In this document: positions 52,546-64,000 of the stretch, piece after piece
Numbering within the stretch: position 1 is the stretch's first letter
How the letters are laid out: the number at the start of each line of letters is the position of its first letter
NCBI GenBank assembly: GCA_030390025.1
Contig: CM059425.1
Location: 178,934,001-178,998,000, forward strand
Source: Squalus acanthias
Taxonomy: Eukaryota
DNA: 64,000 nucleotides
Direction: 5' to 3'
The notes under the pieces: generated by a model
Seen by the model: the letters and a program-made list of their open reading frames with translations, nothing else
What the model was told of the DNA's origin: nothing
Databases searched by the model: none
Made by a program: the position numbers and the translations under genes

Positions 52546-52770
52546 TTGTATTTAATCTTGTATCTATGTCCCTTCATTGTAGAACCCCTTAATCACTTCT
52601 ACCTAATGTGTCGCATCTCTTCATAATTTTAAACGCCTCAGTCAAATTACCCTATAATCTCTTCTTTTCTAACAAAAAAGACCCAATTTTTCACATTTTC
52701 TTTGTGTTTGTATTTCCTCATACTTGGCATCATCCTAGTGAATCTGCGTTGTACCCTTTCTAATGCCTCA
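52546..52770 (-). mobile_element. Old CR1 fragment
   Basis: ttcataattttaaac..catcctagtgaatctgcgttg resembles reverse CR1 3' coding region. Confidence 0.6.
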
Positions 52771-52781
52771 ACAATGCCTCA

Positions 52782-54223
52782 GCAAATGTAACAGCGCTAT
52801 TCAAGAAAGGGAGAGAGAAAACATGGGAACTACAAGCCAGTTAGCCTGTCATCAGTCGTCGGGAAAATGCTGGAATCCATTGTTAAGTAAGTGGTTTCAG
52901 GGCACTTAGAAAATAGTAACATGATTAAGCAGAGTCAACATGATTTTATAAAAGGAAAATCATGTTTGGCAAATTTATTAGAGTTTTTTGAGGATGTGAC
53001 TAGCAGGGTTGATAAAGGGGAACCAGTGGATGTAGTATATTTGGATTTCCAAAAGGCATTCAATAAGGTGCCACATAAAAGATTATTACACAAGATAAGG
53101 GCTCATGGGGTTGGGGGTAATATAGTAGCATGGATAGAGGATTGGTTAATGGACAGAAAACAGAGAGTAGGGATAAATGGATCTTTTTTAGGTTGGCAGG
53201 CTGTAGCTAGTGGGGTGCCGCAAGGATCAGTGTTGGGGCCTCAGCTATTTACAATCTATATTAATGACCTAGATGAAGGGACCGAGTATAATATACCCAA
53301 GTTTGCTGATGATACAAAGCTAGGTGGGACAGTAAGCTGTGAGGAGAACACAAAGAGTCTGCAAAGGGATATAGATAGACTAAGTGAGTGGGCAGTAAGG
53401 TGGCAGATGGAATATAATGTAGGGAAATGTGAGGTTATTCACTTTGGTAGGAAGAATAGAGAAACAGAATATTTTTTAAATGGTGAGAAACTTTTAAATG
53501 TTGGTGTTCAGAGAGATTTGGGTGTCCTTGTGCAAGAAACACACAAAGCTAGCATACAGGTACAGCAAGCAATAAGGAAGGCAAATGGCATGTTGGCCTT
53601 TATTGCAAGGAGGTTGAAGTATAAGAGTAAGGAAGTCTTGCTACAATTGTACAGGGCCTTGGTGAGACCACACCTGGAGCACTGTGCACAGTTTTGGTCT
53701 CCTTATCTAAGGAAGGATATACTTGCCTTGGAGGCGGTGCAACGAAGGTTCACTAGATTGATTCCTGGGATGAGTGGTCTGTCCTATGATTGTGTAGAAT
53801 GGGCCTATACACTCTGGAGTTTAGAAGAATGAGAGGTGATCTCATTGAAACATATTAGATTCTGAAGGGGATTGACAGGGTAGATGCTGAGAGGCTGTTT
53901 CCCCTGACTGGAGTGTCTAGAACTAGGGGACATAGTCTCAGGATAAGTGGTAGGCCATTTAAGATTGAGATGAGGAGGAATTTCTTCACTTAGAGGGTTG
54001 TGCATCTTTGGAATTCTTTGCCCCAGAGGGCTGTGGATGCTGAGTCTTTGAGCATATTCAAGGCTGAGATAGATAGATTTTTGGACTCCAGGGGAATCAA
54101 GGAATGAAGGTCGGGCGGGAAAGTGGAGTTGAGGTCAATGATCAGCCATGATCTTATTGAATGGCGAAGCAGGCTCGAGGGGCCATATGACCTACTCCTG
54201 CTCCTATTTCTTATGTTCTTATG
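52782..54223 (+). mobile_element. CR1 3' fragment
   Basis: ORF 52891..53832 RT; (TTCTTATG)n tail. Confidence 0.93.
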
Positions 54224-54224
54224 T

Positions 54225-54603
54225 AAGTACTGAGGCCGAGGAGAGATAGAATGAAAGCCATATTTCCACCAGCTGTGTCATAGAGCAGACAATAGGCATG
54301 CTAAAAATGCACTTCAGATGCCTTGACAAATCTGGAGGAGCCCTTCAGTACGCACCTGCCAGGGTCTACAGAATTGTCGTGGTCTGCTGCTCCCTGCACA
54401 ACATAGCGCAGCAGCGAGGATTAACGCTGCATGAGGAGCAAAGCTCTGAGCACACAGTCTCTTCAGAGGAGGAGGAGGATCATCAGCTGGAAGACGAGGA
54501 GGAGAAGGAGCTGGAGGAACCTACGGTCCTGATCCCAACAACACCCGAGCACATTGCTGCCTGGGAGGCCAGGGATGCCCTCATCATGGCCAGATTTACT
54601 TAA
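54225..54603 (+). pseudogene. HARBI1-like transposase C-terminal part
   Basis: IEQTIGMLKMHFRCLD..CCSLHNIA..acidic tract..RDALIMARFT*. Confidence 0.88.
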
Positions 54604-54901
54604 CTTCACACATTACACCCATATGGCTGCCACATGCTGCACCAGATTTGCACCACCCCTCAGCAACATCATAAAGCATTCCTACAATAACCAAGCCATT
54701 CCTTTCACACTGACCACCATTGCTGGAGGTAACATTATGTCTCACCATTCACTCCATCTCACTAGGCCACTTCCAAAGTTGCACACAGATTTGTCCATGA
54801 CCGGAAAGTGGTGAAAATAAATAGTTTCATGCGTGACATCACAGTAACAGAAATTTTACAGAAACATTTATTAAAACACCCAAGTGGCTACCCTTGTGCA
54901 T

Positions 54902-56765
54902 CTACTTATGTTTCATTTTTCTCTTACGCGTGCTTCTACGAGGTGCTACCCCTGTGACTTCAGCAGAGGTAGAGGCAGCCTGCTCACTTCCCTGTTGCGA
55001 CTGCATAGACACTTATGGCGGACGTCTTCTGGGTTTTGGAGCCTGTGATGGCCCCACCCAAGTCTGCTCCTCTTGCGACTGTGCAGCGGCAGACTCAGGC
55101 ATCGCGATCCGAGGAGGCATCTGGGGCTCTGACTGAGGGGGTGGGGAGGTGGGGGCAATGAAGGAGAAGTGTGAGTGCTTTCAGAGGAGCCCCCACTTCC
55201 ATGTCCCCTCTCACTATCATCCCTCTCATGGGCCACCTGCACTTCCCTGCTAGCAAGGAGCTGGAGAGCACCTTGCTGTAAGCAGTGAGGCCATGAGGAC
55301 CCATGTCTATGCTGACATCCCTCCTGGAGAGGAGGACTATCAGCCTCTCCTATCTATTCTCCATAGAGACCATGTGCTCCTGTGAGTGGCACATTTGCTG
55401 CTCCATACAGGTGGCCATCCTTTCCATGGAAGAGCCTACAGACGCCATCGCCTGCGACATGGTGGTGTTCACGTTGGAGATGGACTCCTCCATTCTCTGT
55501 ACATTTGCAGACATTACGGTTGCAAAACCTGTCAAAGCCTCCTGCACTTCTCTCTGGATGGCCTCCGAGGCTCAGTGTCTATATAGAGCTGAGCAGAGCT
55601 GGGAGTGTCCTGCGTCCTCCGGCGAGGAGTCTCCACTGCTGTCCCCATCTCCACCATCTGCTCTTGCTCACTTGTGAGTTGTGAGACACCAGGTGACAAC
55701 ACTACTCTATCTCGCGTTGCACCCACCGAGGTGTGCGTATCTGCGCTGGTGCTGGGTGCGCTTATGTTTGGTGACGGTGCTTCCTCAGAGGCTGGAGGCT
55801 TCTCTGAGGAGTCGTCTTGCTCTTCTTCCTGGACAGTGGATGGGTGGGGGGGTGGAGGGGGGGTGGTTTGATGGACCTGTGGGAGAGTAAAGAGATGAGT
55901 TAGATATGTTATATCAAGAATGGGTATAGATACCATTATGCACATGATGAACATTCACTGGTTGCTGACATCAGTCCCATATGAATGACTGCTGTATGCT
56001 ATGTGGCTGTATGAGATGTAATTCTGACACCAGGTTGCTGAGATGTCCCCCTCTCTCTGTCTCCCACCTCCAGCTGCTCGCGACTCCAGACACTTCCAAG
56101 GCACCCTCCTCTGCTGTGTTAAGGTGATAATGAAGGGCCACCACTGGTTCTCTCCCTCTCCCTCTTATTATGGGCTCCCTTTTCCTGTAAGGAGGGAAAG
56201 AGAAGGTTGAGTGAGAGTGATGGAATGAGTGTAAGAAATGGATGGGTAACATCTTTAGAGGGTGACTATGATGGAGTGGGGTGCCAATGCCAAGTGGCCT
56301 CCTTGTGTGTTTTTCGTTGGTATGATTACATTAGGATGAGGGTGAGTGTGAAGGGTGATTAGTCAGAAGATGATGTGATAATGCAGATAGAGTGAGAGGG
56401 ATGGGTGGACGCGCAAGATATGTTGGTGTGAGTAATGATGTGCAGGAGTAGGGTAGGGAAGGCAGAGTGATGGGGCTGTGATGAGAGTCACTTCAGGAAG
56501 AAGTTGAATGTGGCTTTGCACTCACCTTTCCTGATCTAATGAGATAATTGAAACGTTTGCGGCACTGCCCCCAGGTCATCTTGACAGCATCCCTGCTGTT
56601 GACCTCCTCTGCAATCTCCAGCTAGGCTCCTTTGGTCTGTTGGGGAGGTCTCTTCCACCCATCAGAAGGGAAGAGGACCTCCCTGCATGCTCTCACTCCC
56701 TCCACAAACATATGGAGGGAATCATCTGAGAACCTGGGTGCAGCTCTCTGTCTCTGTGCAGTCAT
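54902..56765 (-). pseudogene. Harbinger A Myb/SANT-like gene; exons 56765-56526, 56184-56031, 55876-54902
   Basis: RAAPRFSDDSLHMFVEGV..TWGQCRKRFN; same exon layout as 17099-19005. Confidence 0.85.
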
Positions 56766-57292
56766 GTTTGGCACTCTTTGCAACACTCCAATGCTCCAGT
56801 GCAGTGACTGCACACTCCTGGATGAACCTTCAAATGCAATGTGGCCACGGCGCCTTTAAATATCCCGGCTGAAGACGTGTCATTGATGATGTCATCAGAC
56901 CCACTCCATTTAATAGGGCTGGGTAACGCGCAGGCCTGCCTTAATAGGCGCCATTAACGGATAGTCGATCTCAGGAGCGGGATGGAATGAAGAACGGGTT
57001 CACAACCTGCCACGTCGACCGCCCGTACCCGACCCACCCGGGCACAGAAAACTCCGGCCACACTTTCCAGTAGTGTCATGGGATAGCAACCATGAGGGGT
57101 GACCTAGACTGATTGTTTTCTCTCAAATTCGAATACAGAGACCAATTGAAGACTTTACTGCTACACTGTTTGAGATCAGCTAACTTGGCAGCACTCTGGG
57201 ATATCTCTAGTCTCTATGGCTCAAAGACATTCAAACTTATCTATACAAAAATTCGAGGCACTGGCTGTCTGGACAGAGTTCCACAGGTAGAA

Positions 57293-58735
57293 ACAGAGAA
57301 ACATAGAAGATAGGAGAAGGAGTAGGCCATTCAGCCCCTCGAGCCTGCTCCGCCATTCAATGCAATCATGGCTGATCATCCAAATTCAGTACCCTGTCCC
57401 TGCTTTCTCCCCATATCCCTTGATCCCCTTAGCCTTAAGAAATATATCTAACACCTTGTTGAATATATTTAATGAATTGGACTCAACTGTCTTCTGCGGT
57501 AGAGAATTCCACAGGTTCACCACTCTCTGGGTGAAGAAATTCCTCCTCATCTCAGTCCTAAATGGCTTACCCCTTATCTTTAGACTGTGACCCCTGGTTC
57601 TGGACTCCCCCGCCATCGGGAACATCCTTCCTGCATCTAGTCCTGTTAGAATTTTATAAGTTTCAATAAGATCCCCTCTCATTCTTCTAAACTCTAACGA
57701 ATACAAGCCCAATCGACCCAATCTCTCTTCATACGTCATTCCTGCCATCCCAGGTATCAGTCTGGTGAATCTTCGCTGCACTCCCTCCATGGCAAGAACA
57801 TCCTTCCTCAGATAAGGTGACCAAAACTGCACACAATACTCAAGGTGTGGTCTCACCAAGGCCCTGTACAACTGCAGCAAGACATCCTTGCTCCTGTACT
57901 CGAATCCTCTCACTATGAAGGCCAACATACCATTTGCCTTCTTAACTGCCTGCTGCACCTGCATGCTTACCTTCAGCGATTGGTGCACAAGGACACCCAG
58001 GTCTCGTTGCACTTCCCCTTTTCCCAATCTATTGCCGTTCAGATAATAATCTGCCTTCCTGTTTTTGCCACCAAAGTGGATAACCTTGCATTTATCCACA
58101 TTATACTGCATCTGCCATGCATCTGCCCAATCACCCAACCTGTCCAAATCATACTGGAGTTTCTCGGCATCCTCCTCACAGCACACACGCCCACCCAGCT
58201 TTGTGTCGTCTGCAAACTTGGAGATATTACATCTAGTTCCCTCGTCTAGATCATTAATAGATATTGTGAATAACTGGGGTCCTAGCACCGATCCCTGCGG
58301 TACCCCACTAGTCACTGCCTGCCACTCGGAAAAAGACCCATTTATTCCAACTCTTTGCTTCCTGTCTGCCAACCAGTTTTCTATCCAAGTCAGTACCTTA
58401 CCCCTAATCCCATGTGCTTTAACTTTGCACGCTAATCTCTTATGCGGGACCTTATCGAAAGCCTTCTGAAAGTCCAAATACACCACATCCACTGGTTCTC
58501 CCTTATCTATTCTACCAGTTACATCCTCAAAAAATTCCAGTAGATTAGTCAAGCATGATTTACCTTTTGTAAATCCATGTTGACTTTGTCCGATCCTGTC
58601 ACTGTGTTCCAAGTGCTCTGCTATTACATCTTTTATAATGGATTCTAGCATTTTCCCCACTACCGATGTCAGGCTTACCGGTCTATAATTCCCCGTTTTC
58701 TCTCTACCACCTTTTTTAAGTAGTGGGGTTACATT
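57293..58735 (-). mobile_element. Young CR1 3' fragment with uninterrupted RT frame
   Basis: 456-aa ORF 57386..58756; AGGTAGAA TSD at 57285-57292 and 58736-58743. Confidence 0.94.
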
Positions 58736-59844
58736 AGGTAGAACGGACCTGTGCATAATAAATCACAATGGTGGAAATTACATTTTTAAATGAATGTAAA
58801 AAACAATATAGCATTAGAAAACATAACCATGATTTCATTTATTATATATTATTCTTTGTCAAATGTTGCTTCATCCTACTATATAAAACTCCAGAATAAA
58901 ATAATATTGTGCAGTACACAGTTATGAACCCTTGCTTAGATCAATTTATTTGCAGGAATCATCCAGATTTAATAATGTAAAAAATATTATTATATCAAGA
59001 AAGATTGCTATTTAAGGAGGAGGCAAAAACCTAAATCAAATCTAAAACAGTTTTTACATAATGCATGCAATTTGATTTGCATAATATGTTCATTGCTTCC
59101 TAAGATTTGTCAGTAGTTCTTTTCTTGCGCAAATATAACTCTCAGTGTGCAAAACCTTATGTATGCTGCTATTTTAATTGGTGTAATATAATACAAGCTT
59201 ACCAGTAATTACAAATAATGAGGTGACATTACCAAAACTCACACAGACAGTGGCAGATTTAAACTCTGATTCATAAATCAATGTTGTTGGTTGTCACTAA
59301 TCTGGAACTCCCATAGCGTCAGGTTTTGCTTCATTAAGTGTTCATTAAATTTTTTATCAAGTCTTAAGTTGTTCAGTGAGTAACTGTATAAACTAACTGT
59401 CTTGGAACAGATGGAAATGAAGTTTTGCATACTTCTTCAGTGCCAAGATAGAATGCTGCAAAATAAACAAAAATCTACTCCTGTGATCCACACTGTCTTG
59501 GAATATGCCCTGTGGGAGGACTTTAAATGTATTGGTTGGTGAGGAATAGCTGTCACTGAAGATTAATGTTTTGCAATGGCTGGACCAAGACTTTGCCAGC
59601 TCACTCTATTTTAATTAGATGTAGGGATGAGCAAACCCGATTTGTGGTCAAAAGCCACCAAATGGCCAGATTGTACAATTACAGTGTGATGCGCTTACAT
59701 AGGCAAAACCTATTACAAATGTGGACACAGGAATTTATAATGGTAAAAGCTGACACGATAATGTGACAAAAGCGCAACAATAGGGAGTAAGGTTTTATAG
59801 GCAGGAAGCGCATGCAGATGTAATATTATTAAAATTCAGATAAT

Positions 59845-60632
59845 GGCCCTGAATTTCCGACCCCCACAGGTGCATACGAGGTGTGTACGCGCCCATAGGG
59901 GCTGTGCAAGTTCCGGGTTTAGGCATGCGAAGCGCATGCGCTGAATCCCGGAACTTGCGATCTGTCAAAAATTCTCTTGACAGATCATCCGCATGCCCAA
60001 GAAAAGTGCCTCTGTGGGTGGAGAGTTGCGCTATTTGCTCAACTTCCGCCCGCTGAAAGGCCATAGAATTCTTACGCCTGGTAAAAGCAGGTGTAAGGCC
60101 TGCTTTTACCAGCATAAGAGTTTAAAAAAATAGAAAAATAAGATTTTATCACTCACTTATAAATTAAAAACCCTGTCCAATAAGGTGTTATATTAAGCCC
60201 CGTTAAAACATATTTAAAAAAATTTCAAAAAATTAAATTTTTGTTTAACATATTTAATTAAATGCCATTTTAATTAATTTTATATATGTAATGGTTTTTA
60301 TTTATTTATTTCAGTGTGCTGGGTGCATTTTTGCAGTCATCTCCATTCATACTTTTGACAGTTCTGTACGTACGGAACTGTCAAAAGTATGAAGGGGGAT
60401 TCCCTTCTTCCGTTGGTTGGACTGGCCCATGTGATCCCAGGGGCGCTTGCGAGCCACATGCGCCCCTGGGATACGTGGGCCTCTGCGCATTTCAAAGAGG
60501 AGAGGCCCAGGAGCGGAAGCCTCTGTATCTACGGAACCCTCTGTATCTACGGAACCAGCAGGTAAGTTCGTAGAATTTTTTCTGATTGGAGGCATCTGCC
60601 TGCAGGAAACCTCCAATCGGAAATTCAGGGCC
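59845..60632. mobile_element. Non-autonomous Harbinger-type MITE (third type)
   Basis: Perfect 16-bp TIR ggccctgaatttccga; AAT TSD. Confidence 0.9.
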
Positions 60633-60907
60633 AATATATATAGCTTTTCACAAAGTGTTAGGGCTATTGACTAAGTTAAAAACCCAGCTTTATGCCTGGG
60701 AAGTGAAAACACTGGAATGAAGGTATAGTACTTTAGCTGTAATGATGTCAGCGCAGGTTATGCAACATTTTCACAACCACGGTGATAGATTTTGGTACGA
60801 TTTTTCATATTACATTGTTATGCAAAAACAAAATAAAGGTTTGGCCAATGCTTTGTTAGTAAAGGTAATTTAAAACAAAAAATTTTGGGCAGTCTTAAAA
60901 AATTGGA

Positions 60908-61230
60908 CAACCCTCCAAGATCTCTGGACTCCTCTAATTCTGGCCTCTTGAGCATCCCCGATTTTAATCGCTGCACTAGTGGCGGCCATGCCTTTAGCTG
61001 CTAAGGCGCTAATCTCTGGAATTCTCTCCCTAAACCTCTCCGCCTCTCTACCTCTCTTTCCTCCTTTAAGATGCTCCTTAAAACCTGCCTCTTGGACCAA
61101 GTTTTTGGTCATCTGCCCTAATATCTCTTATGTGGCTCGATGTCAAATTTTGTTTTATAACGCTCCTGTGAAGCACCTTGGGACGGTTTACTACGTTAAA
61201 GGCACTATATAAATACAAGTTGTTGTTGTT
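60908..61230 (+). mobile_element. L2 LINE 3' end
   Basis: gtgaagcaccttgggacg..aaaggcactatataaatacaag(ttg)n tail. Confidence 0.75.
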
Positions 61231-62417
61231 CATTTTTAAGAGTCTCCTTACATACACCTTTTGAATCTTCCAAAAGAGCCACAGTCATACTCATATTTAA
61301 TGAGTTAGTTCTAATTTTAAAAAGAAAGTGAATAAATTCACAGTAAACTATGATCCATGATTGCTAACCTTAGTATCACAATAAGGTAATGTCCACTGCT
61401 GAAACATACTAAATGATAAGCATCCACCTACTAGCACTTGAAAGAACCAAATGTACTGTATCACAATCAGGGAAAGTGTCTCCATTATACACAAAAGGTG
61501 TACTTGAATAATATTTAGTCAATAACCCAGCCTGCCTAAAAATAACAATTTGGCCATTTTGAAACTTTAATAACATCGCTTCTATTTTCTCATATCACTG
61601 AAAGTGCTACTATTGTCAAAATGGCTCTTATATTACATTCAAGTGCACATGGTTGTTTATTGAAACAAACATTTATGTGAACCAAATGCTAATTTCATAG
61701 GAATAACCAATCTAGGGGCTATTAATAACAATCATGATAAACCTGACATATCATATAAGGCTCTCCTGAACTCACTGATCCCTCTATCCCCATTTGCCCT
61801 TTACATGCAAATAAACAGCATCGTGTCTATTTGTTCTACCATTAAGATAACAATTCCTCCATGGCTTACACGTTGATATCAACCATACATAAAACTATCT
61901 TAATAGGTATATTTAATAATTTGACATTAAAAAGTAATTGATCTGTATAACAAAGTTTGTTTACTGCTGTGCTTTTAGATCACTTCATTTAGTAACACAT
62001 TTAATCCCATTCGTTAGTATGCATGAAAATTGCTGAAAATGGTAATTAGCTCCACTCTTACAGAGAATACTGTTTAAAGGAACTATTTTTCTAAATATGA
62101 CCTAATGTGTATATATAGAGTCAGTACCACGGTTCTCTGTAGTTTACCCAGGGTCAGACACAGTGACAGATGCAGTCGTAAGCCTATCAGGTCTGTTCTT
62201 CTACCAGATACTCAGGGAAATAGGTGTCATGCTGCACAGAGGTGGGAACATGTTGCTGCAGCTCCCTGAACCAGCTCTGATTAAAAATGGCGTGCCTGGC
62301 AGAATGCCAGGAGTGCTTCTCACTTAATTATTTTCTGTTATCCTGTATCTTTTTATAAACAAAGAAAGAGCTGCCTGTTTGCACCTGTTTGATACAATCA
62401 CTATATTAAGCTGTAAG

Positions 62418-62850
62418 TCAGCAGTGGCTCAGTGGGCAGCACTCTTGCCTCTGAGTCAGAAGGTGTGGGTTCAAGTGAGTACAAAATCTAGCCGACACTC
62501 TAGTGCAGTACTGAGGGAGTGCTACACTGTTGGAGGTTCCTTTTTTCGGATGAGACGTTAAACCAAGGCCCGGTCTGCCTTCTCAGGTGGACATAAAAGA
62601 TCACAAGAAGAGCAGGGGAGTTCTCCTCGGTGTGCTTGCCAATATTTATCCCTCAAGCAACACCTAAAAACAGTCATTAATTGGTTATTATCACATTTCT
62701 GTTTGTACAATCTTGCTGTTTGAAAATTGGTTGCTGCATTTTCTACATTAAAACAGTGACTATACTTCAAAAAAGTACTTCATTAGCTGTAAAGTGCTTT
62801 GGGACATCCTGAGGTCATGAAAGGTACTACATAAATGCAAATCTTTCTTT
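62418..62850 (+). mobile_element. Deu-type SINE with tRNA head
   Basis: A box tggctcagtgg, B box ggttcaagt; body homologous to 1-410. Confidence 0.82.
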
Positions 62851-63138
62851 TTTTATTTTATGTTTTTAGATTAAAGATTCTACACAGTAACCTAACACAG
62901 ATAACAGCTATGGATGAGTGTTTAGGTACATTAAGCTATTGACTTCAGGTAGATTTTAAAACAACTACAGTTCTGATTCTCTAAATCCAAATGCAAATTT
63001 TAATATGAAGAATGGTCACTTGGGTGTAGTGCAGAAGAGCTGCCAGCACTGATGGAACTATACCCCATCATGAGTGAAAAATTGGATGAGGGGATTTTTT
63101 TTTTTAATTGCAGTTAAGGAAGTAATCGAAGCATGACT

Positions 63139-63264
63139 GGAGTAGATCTTGACTTTATGCGATAGTGTTGAAGTCAATGGAAATAAAAATCAGGAGAGAT
63201 GTAAAACGGACTGCCGACTTGCTGTCACCTGTTTCACACTATCGCCAAGGCCAAGATCTAGCCC
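63139..63264. mobile_element. Palindromic Harbinger-type MITE
   Basis: ggagtagatcttg..gcgatagtgt / acactatcgc..caagatctagccc. Confidence 0.6.
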
Positions 63265-63688
63265 GTGTGTTTCTGCTGCTGTGAATAATAAGGTTAACTT
63301 CTGGTACTGTTATTACACTATAACTAAAATGCTGAAAAATAATGGAGCTAAAAGTATGGAGGTGTTGGATAAAAATTATGGAGATAAACAGTTATTGAGG
63401 ATTTATCAAACCATAACTTATAACTTTAATCTATACTAATGCTATTTGAAAGACAGTGAACAAAATTTTCTGGAGTGGCGAAAGCTGCATTATGGAAGAA
63501 CATTCGCAGCTGCATTATGGAAGAACATTAGCCTCTGTGGTTACAATTCCCAGGTGAATCTAAAATGCATATCGAATTAAATGAAATAGCATTTTCTTCC
63601 AATATTATTGTAAACCGATTACTCAATAGTAGGTCATCAAATACAGACTTTATTCCACTTGTGAGTGGAACCTGTGCATTTCACTCAC

Positions 63689-63775
63689 AGTTTGTTTTGA
63701 TCCCTCCTGCTCTTGGGTTAACATTCTCCTTCAACAATTTTCCAATCAACCTGCTCTTTTTTACACAAGCCCCAA
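63689..63775 (-). CDS. Candidate internal host exon (87 bp, phase 1-1), product unknown
   Basis: Acceptor ttttatgttcctcag, donor gtgagt; only one open frame, GACVKKSRLIGKLLKENVNPRAGGIKTN. Confidence 0.35.
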
Positions 63776-64000
63776 CTGAGGAACATAAAACAGGCACAAG
63801 ACAGCACCAACTCTGGATTGTGGCACATAAGCTGAGGTTCAGTGAAGCGGACTCATAATATTTGCTGGTGACAAGAGTAGTATTTGGGACAAATGAGTAA
63901 CAAGCGCATTTTATTTTCAACCTCATTTGAGCCACACACAGAGCAACTTCCCTTGCCTGGTGGTACATTAAGACATCTGCTTGTCTTGATATTTAATTTG

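Larger units (their letters stand above)
43009..57059. mobile_element. Harbinger family A element (own parts 43009-~44000 and 54225-57059) enclosing ~10 kb of other DNA
   Basis: TIR ggccggaattttctg / cagaaaactccggcc; ACA TSD; flanks rejoin into one SINE-like repeat. Confidence 0.72.

Noticed and set aside
62424..62480. tRNA gene
   Set aside because: A/B boxes run directly into a SINE body; no complete cloverleaf
63483..63529. 22-bp direct repeat agctgcattatggaagaacatt
   Set aside because: Ordinary local tandem duplication with only a few bases between copies

Overview
Vertebrate genomic DNA, most likely from a cartilaginous fish (inferred from the repeat families: Deu-domain tRNA-SINEs, CR1 LINEs with an esterase ORF1, RTE and L2 LINEs). 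It is almost entirely a deep nest of transposable elements, and no host gene can be named. One 87-bp candidate exon lies at 63689-63775 (-). Main contents: many CR1 copies, two of them full length (28817-33942 +, 46241-50820 -); two RTE LINEs; a second CR1-group LINE family; L2 remnants; a 1.46-kb solo LTR; a TA-flanked MITE; and at least two PIF/Harbinger families. These Harbingers have a convergent layout of a HARBI1-like DDE transposase and a 3-exon Myb/SANT gene, plus many non-autonomous derivatives with 3-bp TSDs. Most notable: (1) a U_UUA_AAC slippery heptamer at the CR1 ORF1 stop whose -1 frame runs open into ORF2, suggesting programmed frameshifting; (2) an AT-hook in the Harbinger Myb protein, and family-specific subterminal motifs; (3) a hidden ~620-bp long-TIR element stretched over 12.4 kb; (4) a Harbinger whose interior was replaced by ~10 kb of other DNA; (5) 73-bp tandem monomers at a CR1 5' end. 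All calls were made by eye, without database searches.
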